From Bacteriovoracaceae bacterium (GTDB lineage: Bacteria; Bdellovibrionota; Bacteriovoracia; Bacteriovoracales; Bacteriovoracaceae), in the NCBI GenBank assembly GCA_049599895.1, contig JBMYPC010000069.1, positions 1 through 15,890 on the forward strand: DNA of 15,890 bases. Reading direction: 5' to 3'. The position numbers and the translations under genes were made by a program. The first letter of the stretch is position 1; each line of letters opens with the position of its first letter. The notes below the pieces were generated by a model. It ran no database searches. It saw nothing but the letters and a program-made list of their open reading frames with translations, and was not told where the DNA came from. Shown one piece after another: positions 7,511 through 15,080 of this stretch.

Positions 7511-8476
7511 ATGAACAGTTTCTCACATCTCAACAGTCGAGCTCAAAAAAAACTAAAATCGAAATTTATTAATGGTGAAGCAATTGTAAGCAAACCTGCT
7601 AAGGCGATTTTGACCTCATCAAATGACCTTGGAGTTGCACTCAATGGCGGAAGAATAGGAAGCCTCTATGGACCAAAGGCCATCATGAATCAGTTAGGAA
7701 ATTTGATTGCTCCTAAGGACATTGAGAAAGTGCATGTTTTTGAAAGCATCAACTCAGATAAAAACTACTCTTATGAAGAGTTTAACCAAATGCAAGAGGA
7801 CCAAATTGATTTTTACAACGACCTCTTTAAAAGGTTAGAGTTTCCCGAAAAGCTCATTCATCTTGGCTCAGGGCATGATCAAATTTATCCTCTCTTAAGC
7901 TCAATTGGTCATATCCAAAAACCTAAGTGGAAAAGAGTTGTTCTTATTAACCTTGATGCCCACCTCGACACCCGAACAGATTCTCATTTTCATTCCGGGA
8001 CTCCATTTCGCCAATGGTTTCATGAAAGAAAGAAAAGCCAAGCTGTGAAAATTCCCACGATTTTTTACCAAGTAGGAATTAACTCTTACGCCAATGATTC
8101 ATCTAATTATGAAAACTATCCTAATCAAGACGAAAACTTTGAATCAAAAATTCTCCCTATAAATGAAATCGATCCGAATAACTATCAAAGTGAAAAGAAC
8201 ACCGTACTCCACAATCTTTTAAATAGTCTTAATAAAGATGATCTTCTTTATATAAGCCTTGATTGCGATGCACTTTGTTCTTATCAGTTTCAAGCTGTCA
8301 GTGCCCCTAATCACGAAGGACTGACTCTCGAGTGGCTTAGTGAACTTCTCGAAGCTGCAAATAATAAGAGCCTCGCCAATCAAATTTTTGGACTTTATGA
8401 ATACAATCCTAAGTATGACGACCTTTCGTGTCATAACGCTCGTAACTTAACGCCACTCATCTTAAAGATGCTTTAG
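7511..8476 (+). CDS. hutG: Arginase/ureohydrolase-family protein, formimidoylglutamase-like
   Basis: DLGVALNGGRIG...GPKAI (HutG-type NGGR), GSGHD, NLDAHLD, HSGTPF, SLDCD, VSAP and EYNPKYD. Confidence 0.8.
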   Translation: MNSFSHLNSRAQKKLKSKFINGEAIVSKPAKAILTSSNDLGVALNGGRIGSLYGPKAIMNQLGNLIAPKDIEKVHVFESINSDKNYSYEEFNQMQEDQIDFYNDLFKRLEFPEKLIHLGSGHDQIYPLLSSIGHIQKPKWKRVVLINLDAHLDTRTDSHFHSGTPFRQWFHERKKSQAVKIPTIFYQVGINSYANDSSNYENYPNQDENFESKILPINEIDPNNYQSEKNTVLHNLLNSLNKDDLLYISLDCDALCSYQFQAVSAPNHEGLTLEWLSELLEAANNKSLANQIFGLYEYNPKYDDLSCHNARNLTPLILKML

Positions 8477-8489
8477 AAAAGATGCTTTA
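8464..8489 (+). repeat. Tandem duplication AAAGATGCTTTA x2 (period 14) spanning the hutG stop codon
   Basis: Copies at 8464-8475 and 8478-8489. Confidence 0.75.
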
Positions 8490-8533
8490 AAAGCTTAAGT
8501 TCCAATTAATTTTTTTTTGAAGACTTTAGAAAC

Positions 8534-8561
8534 AAAAAAGCCCGCGTTTTGCAGCGGGCTT
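8534..8561 (-). terminator. Intrinsic terminator, strong on the minus strand and possibly bidirectional
   Basis: Minus strand reads AAGCCCGC-TGCAAAAC-GCGGGC-TTTTTT: a GC-rich stem followed by a 6-U tract. The plus-strand tail is only TTCTTC. Confidence 0.88.
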
Positions 8562-8622
8562 CTTCGAGAGACATTCGACGGAGAAGAAAAAATTCCTTTC
8601 TTTCAAACTCCTACACACACGT
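8534..8622 (-). ncRNA. Candidate sigma54-dependent small RNA of about 90 nt
   Basis: Bounded by a -24/-12 promoter (8649-8633) and an intrinsic terminator. No plausible enclosed ORF; contains an internal hairpin with an AGGAA loop. Confidence 0.55.
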
Positions 8623-8632
8623 TAATTATATA

Positions 8633-8649
8633 TACAAAGATCGTGCCAA
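8633..8649 (-). promoter_or_regulatory. Sigma54 (RpoN) -24/-12 promoter
   Basis: Minus strand TTGGCACG-ATCT-TTGTA versus consensus YTGGCACG-N4-TTGCW: exact spacing with a single C to T change at -12. Confidence 0.7.
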
Positions 8650-8714
8650 CTTTTGCTTCAATAAAAATAGGCTTTAGAGACGACCGCCTGTCAAAAAACA
8701 GTCATGCGCGCCGC

Positions 8715-8948
8715 TCAGGCGTCAGATTTTTGTTCAAAGTAATCCTTGAGCTTCATGTAGGCCAAATCCACGGCCTCTTGTTCGTCTCTTTCTGAGACAA
8801 AACCTATATGTTGGTAGATCTTTCTATTACGTTTAAAGACGATGTCGATTTGAACTTGATAATCTTTATCCGTTTGATAGACTGAAAAACGTCCTTCAAG
8901 GTCGTGATTATTTTCGAATTTGATAAAAAAAAGTTTTTCTGTCAGCAT
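8715..8948 (-). CDS. Small hypothetical protein (77 aa)
   Basis: Protein-like composition (predicted beta strands then an amphipathic C-terminal helix). Fills the gap once the YceI start is corrected to 8970. Confidence 0.65.
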   Translation of the reverse strand: MLTEKLFFIKFENNHDLEGRFSVYQTDKDYQVQIDIVFKRNRKIYQHIGFVSERDEQEAVDLAYMKLKDYFEQKSDA

Positions 8949-8969
8949 TATTTTTGGAGCATTAAATAT

Positions 8970-9533
8970 ATGAAAAAACTAGCCTTTATTACCCTATTAA
9001 TTTTTGGATTACAAACAAGTCTGGCTTCTGCAAAGTGCGTCAAGATATCAGACAAGGACATTATGTTTAATTGGATTGCCTTTAAAACTCCGAAAAAAGA
9101 TGGAGTCAAAGGAAGTTTTAAGGATTTTGGTTTAAAGAAGCCAGAAACTGCACCAACAATTGACGCCTATATTGGGCAAACAACTTTTGATATTGACATC
9201 AAGTCAGTCACGACAAAAAACCTGGCCAGAGATAGAAAACTTGCGAAACATTTTTTTGAGTTCATGGGCGGTAACAAAATCAAGGGCGAATTCCTTTCTC
9301 TTAAAAAGAAAGTCCTCAAAACTAAAATCACCATGAATAATAAAACTCTTGAAGTCCCTCTAAAAGTTGAGAGAAATAAACAAACATTAAAGGCCACTGG
9401 CACTATTGATGTTTTTGACTTTGCTCTGAACAATCAGCTTAGCGCTATTAACAAGGCCTGCTATAAGCTTCATGAAGGTAAAACTTGGAATGTTGTCGAT
9501 CTTGAAGTTTTCTTAAAGTTTCAGGACTGCTAA
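8970..9533 (+). CDS. Secreted YceI-like (lipid/polyisoprenoid-binding) protein
   Basis: Signal peptide MKKLAFITLLIFGLQTSLASA; WIAFKT...GVKGSF, SVTTKNLARDRKL and CYKLHEGKTW. GGAG RBS at 8956-8959 supports ATG 8970 over the ORF-track start 8904. Confidence 0.8.
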   Translation: MKKLAFITLLIFGLQTSLASAKCVKISDKDIMFNWIAFKTPKKDGVKGSFKDFGLKKPETAPTIDAYIGQTTFDIDIKSVTTKNLARDRKLAKHFFEFMGGNKIKGEFLSLKKKVLKTKITMNNKTLEVPLKVERNKQTLKATGTIDVFDFALNNQLSAINKACYKLHEGKTWNVVDLEVFLKFQDC

Positions 9534-9574
9534 TTTAAAGCCTACTCCTTTATTCCTTACTTATTCGTTCTTTA

Positions 9575-9606
9575 AAACCTAAGAAAAGTACTACTTTTCT
9601 GGGTTT
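9575..9606. promoter_or_regulatory. Palindrome AGAAAAGTA-C-TACTTTTCT with flanking AAACCT/GGGTTT, between the YceI gene and sdhC (terminator-like hairpin or operator)
   Basis: Perfect 9-bp arms at 9582-9590 and 9592-9600. Confidence 0.5.
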
Positions 9607-9717
9607 AACTGGGCTATCATTAAACAAATTAAATAATTGAAATAAGTAACATTTTTAAAGCCAAACGAAGTTTTATTGTTTGGCTATTCAAACTTTATGA
9701 ACATCAGGAGTTCCTAA

Positions 9718-10392
9718 ATGCTTTCAAGAGTTGCCTTTTACATGCAGACCTCTGTCATCAAAAAGCAGGTCATGGCCGTCACCGGTCTACTACTCACTGG
9801 TTTTCTGATCAGTCACATGATTGGAAACTGCCTAATCTTTGTCAGTGCCGATGCATTTAATCTGTATGCCCACACACTAACATCGAACCCTGCTATTTAT
9901 TTAGCTGAGGCTATTCTCGCAGCGATCTTCTTAAGCCATATTGGACTTGGAATAAGTCTTAACATGCAAAATAAAGCAGCAAGGCCTAATCGTTATTATA
10001 TGAAGCAACCCACAGGACAAGGGACAACTTTTGCTTCGAGCACGATGATTTACACAGGTATGGTTCTTCTTGTTTTTCTTATTTTTCACATCCTTCATTT
10101 AAAGTTTGGTCCCTATCACGAGACAACAGTTAACGGAGAAACAATTCGAGACCTTTTTAAAACCACTGTTGATTATTTTCAAAACCCTCTTGCCGTTGCT
10201 TGGTATATTTTTTCGATGGTTTGTATTGGCATCCATTTAAGTCATGGATTTTGGTCTGCGTTTCAGTCGCTTGGATTTAATCATCCAAAGTACAACTGCT
10301 TTTTAAAGTGTAAAGCTAAAGCAGTTGCCGTAATTATTTGCCTTGGGTTTTGCTCAATGCCAATTGCTATGTATTTAGGTTTCGTTTCTTAG
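9718..10392 (+). CDS. sdhC: Succinate dehydrogenase/fumarate reductase cytochrome b subunit (single-anchor, b558 family)
   Basis: [27 protein letters not shown] and [14 protein letters not shown]; five hydrophobic segments; AGGAG RBS at 9706-9710. Confidence 0.93.
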   Translation: MLSRVAFYMQTSVIKKQVMAVTGLLLTGFLISHMIGNCLIFVSADAFNLYAHTLTSNPAIYLAEAILAAIFLSHIGLGISLNMQNKAARPNRYYMKQPTGQGTTFASSTMIYTGMVLLVFLIFHILHLKFGPYHETTVNGETIRDLFKTTVDYFQNPLAVAWYIFSMVCIGIHLSHGFWSAFQSLGFNHPKYNCFLKCKAKAVAVIICLGFCSMPIAMYLGFVS

Positions 10393-10405
10393 AGGAGAAT
10401 CAGAT

Positions 10406-12334
10406 ATGTCTTCAAATAAACTAAAAAGTAATGTTCCCGAGGGTCCCATTCAAGAGAAGTGGGATAACCATAAGTTCAATATGAAACTTGTGAACCCTGC
10501 TAATAAAAGAAAATTTAATATCATCATCGTAGGAACTGGTTTAGCTGGTGCTTCGGCTGGCGCCACACTTGCTGAACTTGGCTACAATGTTGATATTTTT
10601 TGTATCCAAGATTCACCGAGACGGGCCCACTCTATTGCGGCCCAAGGTGGGATCAACGCAGCTAAAAACTATCCTAACGATGGTGACTCTGTTTGGCGTC
10701 TTTTTTACGACACTGTAAAAGGTGGAGACTATAGAGCAAGAGAGGCCAATGTTTATAGACTCGCTCAAGTGGCCAACAACATTATTGACCAGGCCACAGC
10801 TCAAGGGGTTCCATTTGCAAGAGAATATGGTGGGACACTTTCAAACCGATCTTTTGGTGGAGCTCAAGTTTCAAGAACTTTTTATGCTCGTGGACAAACA
10901 GGACAACAGTTACTTATTGGTGCTTACCAATCACTAATGAAAGAGGCCAATAAAGGCAAAGTCAAAATTCACACTCGTAAAGAAATGGTTGAACTTGTCA
11001 CAGTTGACGATAAAGCAAGAGGAATCATTACTCGTGACGTAATCACCGGTGAAATTCAAAGACACTCTGGTGATGCCGTCCTTCTTTGTACAGGTGGTTA
11101 TGGGAATGTCTTTTTCCTTTCAACAAATGCCATGGCCTCAAATGGATCCGCAGCTTGGAAGGCCTATAAAAAAGGTGCTTTCTTTGGTAACCCTTGCTAC
11201 ACGCAAATCCACCCTACCTGTATCCCAGTTCACGGAGACGCTCAGTCAAAGCTCACTCTTATGTCTGAGTCTCTAAGAAACGACGGACGAGTTTGGGTCC
11301 CTAAAAACCAGGATGACAAAAGACCACCAAATGAAATCCCTGAACAGGACCGTGATTATTACCTTGAAAGAATCTACCCTTCATTTGGAAACCTCGTTCC
11401 CCGAGATGTTGCTTCAAGAAGAGCTAAAGAAGCCGTAGACTCTGGAAGAGGAGTTGGTCATACCGGAATCGCGGTTTATCTCGATTTTAGAGATGCTATT
11501 GAAAGAGATGGTGCTGAAACGATTAAGGCAAAATATGGAAACCTCTTTGATATGTACAACCGTATCACTGATGAAGATCCCTATACTGTTCCCATGAGAA
11601 TCTATCCAGCCGTTCACTACACAATGGGTGGAATTTGGGTTGATTATAATCTTCAAACAACTGTTCCAGGATTGTTTGCTCTTGGTGAGGCGAACTTTTC
11701 TGATCACGGTGCAAACCGCCTTGGGGCTTCAGCTCTTATGCAAGGTCTGGCTGACGGTTATTTTGTCATTCCCTACACTCTTGGAAACTACCTTGCTACA
11801 GAGAAACCTGAACAATCAAGAGTTGATGTTAATCATCCAGAGTTTGAAGCAGCTGAAAAATCAGCTCAGGAAAGATTTGAGAAGCTCCTTAATATTAAAG
11901 GTTCAAAGTCAGTTGATACTTTTCACAAAGCTCTTGGAAAAATCATGTGGGAACATGTTGGAATGTCTCGTAAAAAAGATGGTCTTGAAAAAGCAATTAC
12001 TGAAATTCAAAATCTTCGAAAAGAATTTTGGAATGATGTTAAAGTGACGGGTACAGATGTGGGTGTAAACGTAGAACTTGAAAAAGCCAATCGAGTCGCT
12101 GACTTTATCGAACTCGGTGAACTTATGGCCAGAGATGCTTTAAACCGAGAAGAAAGTTGCGGTGGACACTTTAGAGATGAACACCAAACAGAAGAAAATG
12201 AGGCCAGACGTGATGATGACAAATTTTCTCATGTCGCCGCTTGGGAATATAAAGGTGATGAAACTGCACCTGAAAGACACCAAGAAGAATTAACATTTGA
12301 ATACTGTAAACCAACACAACGTTCTTACAAATAA
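10406..12334 (+). CDS. sdhA: Succinate dehydrogenase/fumarate reductase flavoprotein subunit
   Basis: [21 protein letters not shown] (covalent FAD His), QIHPT, SESLR, HYTMGG, HGANRLG and ESCGGHFR. Confidence 0.97.
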   Translation: MSSNKLKSNVPEGPIQEKWDNHKFNMKLVNPANKRKFNIIIVGTGLAGASAGATLAELGYNVDIFCIQDSPRRAHSIAAQGGINAAKNYPNDGDSVWRLFYDTVKGGDYRAREANVYRLAQVANNIIDQATAQGVPFAREYGGTLSNRSFGGAQVSRTFYARGQTGQQLLIGAYQSLMKEANKGKVKIHTRKEMVELVTVDDKARGIITRDVITGEIQRHSGDAVLLCTGGYGNVFFLSTNAMASNGSAAWKAYKKGAFFGNPCYTQIHPTCIPVHGDAQSKLTLMSESLRNDGRVWVPKNQDDKRPPNEIPEQDRDYYLERIYPSFGNLVPRDVASRRAKEAVDSGRGVGHTGIAVYLDFRDAIERDGAETIKAKYGNLFDMYNRITDEDPYTVPMRIYPAVHYTMGGIWVDYNLQTTVPGLFALGEANFSDHGANRLGASALMQGLADGYFVIPYTLGNYLATEKPEQSRVDVNHPEFEAAEKSAQERFEKLLNIKGSKSVDTFHKALGKIMWEHVGMSRKKDGLEKAITEIQNLRKEFWNDVKVTGTDVGVNVELEKANRVADFIELGELMARDALNREESCGGHFRDEHQTEENEARRDDDKFSHVAAWEYKGDETAPERHQEELTFEYCKPTQRSYK

Positions 12335-12345
12335 AGGAAGCTAAT

Positions 12346-13125
12346 ATGAGTTCCAATAAAAATATGAAATTAAATTTAAAAATCTGGCGACAGAAGGACT
12401 CAAAGGCCAAAGGCCAAATGGAAGACTATCAACTTGATAACGTCTCTCCAGACAGCTCCTTTTTAGAAATGCTTGATCAATTAAACGAAGAACTAATCAC
12501 AAAAGACGTCGACCCTGTGACTTTTGATCACGACTGTCGTGAAGGGATTTGTGGGATGTGCTCTCTTATGATCAATGGCCAAGCCCACGGACCTGAAAGA
12601 GAAACTACGACCTGCCAACTTCACATGAGAAGTTTTAATGATGGAGACACTATTATTATCGAGCCATGGCGATCAAAAGCGACTCCAGTATTAAAAGACT
12701 TAATGGTGAATCGTGATGCCTTTGATGAAATTATCAAATCTGGTGGTTATATTTCAGTTAATACTGGTAACGCCCAAGACGCCAATGTCCTTCCCATCTC
12801 AAAAGAAAATGCAGACCTTTCAATGGATGCTGCAGCCTGTATTGGTTGTGCTGCTTGCGTTGCAAGTTGTCCTAACGCTTCAGCGATGCTTTTTGTTTCA
12901 GCGAAGGTTTCTCAGCTTGAACTTCTTCCTCAGGGTGAGGTTGAAGCTGAAGACCGTGTGCAAAATATGGTGGCAAAAATGGATGAGCTTGGTTTTGGAA
13001 ACTGTACGAACCATGCTGAGTGCGAGGCATCATGCCCTAAAGGTATTAAAATCTCGAATATTGCTCGCATGAATAGAAGTTTTCTTTCTGCGGCTGTAAA
13101 GGGAAGGAATACTCCTAACTCTTGA
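12346..13125 (+). CDS. sdhB: Succinate dehydrogenase/fumarate reductase iron-sulfur subunit
   Basis: CREGICGMC...C (2Fe-2S), [11 protein letters not shown] and [12 protein letters not shown] cluster motifs. Confidence 0.97.
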   Translation: MSSNKNMKLNLKIWRQKDSKAKGQMEDYQLDNVSPDSSFLEMLDQLNEELITKDVDPVTFDHDCREGICGMCSLMINGQAHGPERETTTCQLHMRSFNDGDTIIIEPWRSKATPVLKDLMVNRDAFDEIIKSGGYISVNTGNAQDANVLPISKENADLSMDAAACIGCAACVASCPNASAMLFVSAKVSQLELLPQGEVEAEDRVQNMVAKMDELGFGNCTNHAECEASCPKGIKISNIARMNRSFLSAAVKGRNTPNS

Positions 13126-13158
13126 TAACATCTGTAATTTAGACTTTCTGATTCATTA

Positions 13159-13209
13159 TTCATAGTGCTAGGCTTTATTTGTAAATTTCAATTGGAGCCT
13201 AGCAATGAA
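13159..13209 (+). promoter_or_regulatory. Hairpin occluding the RBS and start codon of the 13205 gene
   Basis: TGCTAGGCT (13166-13174) pairs with AGCCTAGCA (13196-13204). CTTT pairs with the GGAG RBS via G-U, and TTCAT (13159-13163) pairs with ATGAA (13205-13209). Confidence 0.55.
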
Positions 13210-13747
13210 GACCCTACTTATTCTTTTATCGACTCTTTTTATTTCAAACCAAGTTCTCTCTAGTACACCTGCAAGTGACAAAGTTCGCATTAAAGCAAGC
13301 TTTCACATACTCGCCTGTGACTTTGATCAATGCTTCGCTAAAATTGACTCTAAAGGCTTTAACTTTGATTTGAAAAAAACTTATGCCAAGGATGATTACT
13401 CGTTCTACCAAGGGAAATACATAAAAAAGCTCTATGTTCCAACAGGACACGAGGCCATTGTAAAAGCGAATCTTTCAAGAGCTCAAGAAAAAGGACAACC
13501 GGCCAAGTACTTTCTTGATATCAGTATTTTTTATGATGGCGAGTACAGACATCTTCCAAACTTCCAAGTTCAATTTACAAATCCAGACGATATTACTCGA
13601 ACCGTCTTAAATGGTACCCCTAAATTTATTGATGGTAACGTCTATTTTCCTCAAGTAAAAATCAACGATAACCTTATCCCTGTTAATGAGATGCTTAAAG
13701 GTCAGGCCATTCAAAATAAAGTCAAAGAAATTCTTATCGAAAACTAG
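13205..13747 (+). CDS. Secreted hypothetical protein (predicted beta-rich)
   Basis: Signal peptide MKTLLILLSTLFISNQVLS; GGAG RBS at 13194-13197; a CDFDQC Cys pair; no recognised family. Confidence 0.75.
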   Translation: MKTLLILLSTLFISNQVLSSTPASDKVRIKASFHILACDFDQCFAKIDSKGFNFDLKKTYAKDDYSFYQGKYIKKLYVPTGHEAIVKANLSRAQEKGQPAKYFLDISIFYDGEYRHLPNFQVQFTNPDDITRTVLNGTPKFIDGNVYFPQVKINDNLIPVNEMLKGQAIQNKVKEILIEN

Positions 13748-15072
13748 ATCTGAAGTTTATCAAGACCTACCATGTATTCCTTAAATCGTGGTAGGTTGTA
13801 CTTCTTTCTTAGGTGGGCAACAACCTTGTCTTTAGAGAGCTTAATACCCTTTTCTTGAGAATCAATGGCAAGATTCGACCACTCTTCAGCAATAATAAAA
13901 ATGATGGAAAGTGGCGAAATATTCAACGAAATTTTATCGAAACCAACACCATTCTTTGAACCATGATGCTGTTTGATAATTGTATCTACACCTAGTGGAA
14001 ATTTAGGATATTGTGAAACCAATCTGGCTGCATCAACAGCATGATTGAGAACAATAGAAACATTTTCTTCATCTAACCTCGCAGTATGAAGTTGTCCCAT
14101 TGAATGGATACGGGCCAATTTATCATCCGCAAGAGTAATGTCGTGAAAGAAGGCCACAAAAGCAAGCTTGTTGACCTGATCTTGGTTTCCCCATTTGAGA
14201 ACTTCAATGATTCTCGTTCCCACGATAGTCACAAGAAGGCACCGCTTATAGCGATAAGATGCCTCATTGTTCACAAGGTCTTCTAAAAGTTTATCAAGAC
14301 TGGGGATTTGTCTAGAGAGTTTCTGCATCGAATTTATACTCGCCTGAGCAAGCTCTGCAGTATGGGCATCAATTCCAATTTTTGAAACAAGGTCACTCAC
14401 AACATCAAAACTAATCTGAGTAAAAATGATTCGATCTTCCGTTGAAAGATTTTTCTTGTTGAGAGTACTGATCATAATTTCTGAAGTCATGTTCACAAAC
14501 TTCAATCTGTCTAATGAGTGCACGTAGAGGTTGGGATCATCTGACTTTTTAATTGCGTTGAGTTCATCAACTGCAAAAGATTCATTTTTCTTAATCTCTT
14601 TATGATTTGCCCCATCTTTTCTAAAGATCGTCATCTCATATTTAATTTTTGGGAAAAACAGCTTTGCTGGAAAAACAAAGAACTCTTCAACTTCTAAGTC
14701 CAACATATCTTTAGCAGAGATGTTGAAAATTTTTGCAACGATTCTCACAAGTGCTCTCACATCTGTGAGGTTCTTTAGGGCCACAACATTTTCATATTCT
14801 TTTCTTAAAGATTCACCATCGAAAACAATTACGGGAGTTTTTTGATTTTGTTTATCAAGAAACTTAAGTATAGACTTCCCTGCAGCTGTTTTTCCAATAT
14901 TTTTTTTAACAATAATACAGCCGATGTCTTTCTGTTTTTGAATTTCAAGATAGGCTTCTTTTAAATCCCGAACAACTTCACAGCTGCAATTAACATAAAC
15001 CCGAAGATTTTCTTTATAGATATCGGAAAGAAAGTCATTATTGTCGAATATTAAAACTTTGTTTTCTTGCAT
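13744..15072 (-). CDS. Degenerate receiver-like domain fused to a degenerate HD-GYP-like domain
   Basis: N-terminal VLIFDNND...CIIV...PVIVF pattern like a receiver fold. C-terminal AFFHDITL, LNHAVDAARLV and IIKQHHGSKNGVGF resemble the HD, H and HHExxDGxGYP motifs. Confidence 0.75.
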   Translation of the reverse strand: MQENKVLIFDNNDFLSDIYKENLRVYVNCSCEVVRDLKEAYLEIQKQKDIGCIIVKKNIGKTAAGKSILKFLDKQNQKTPVIVFDGESLRKEYENVVALKNLTDVRALVRIVAKIFNISAKDMLDLEVEEFFVFPAKLFFPKIKYEMTIFRKDGANHKEIKKNESFAVDELNAIKKSDDPNLYVHSLDRLKFVNMTSEIMISTLNKKNLSTEDRIIFTQISFDVVSDLVSKIGIDAHTAELAQASINSMQKLSRQIPSLDKLLEDLVNNEASYRYKRCLLVTIVGTRIIEVLKWGNQDQVNKLAFVAFFHDITLADDKLARIHSMGQLHTARLDEENVSIVLNHAVDAARLVSQYPKFPLGVDTIIKQHHGSKNGVGFDKISLNISPLSIIFIIAEEWSNLAIDSQEKGIKLSKDKVVAHLRKKYNLPRFKEYMVGLDKLQI

Positions 15073-15080
15073 TTGGACTA

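Noticed and set aside
7449..7526. N-terminal extension of the GYF_2 ORF given by the ORF track
   Set aside because: It overlaps the hutG start and promoter region, and the domain begins right after ATG 7448.
8500..8622. Small peptide encoded by the candidate sRNA
   Set aside because: AGGAG is only 1 nt from the nearest TTG, the GTG frame ending at TGA is only five codons long, and the ATG frame has no RBS and runs through the terminator.
8517..8795. 92-aa plus-strand ORF
   Set aside because: TTG start without RBS, runs through a terminator and antisense into the 77-aa gene; the sequence is better explained by the minus-strand promoter, sRNA and terminator.
8904..8969. N-terminal extension of the YceI ORF from 8904
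   Set aside because: It overlaps the divergent gene; the RBS and signal peptide both point to ATG 8970.
10613..13163. Alternative-frame and antisense ORFs within sdhA and sdhB, including the 139-aa and 119-aa ones
   Set aside because: Leu/Lys-rich off-frame by-products of codon bias inside intact conserved genes; no frameshift is needed to complete SdhA or SdhB.
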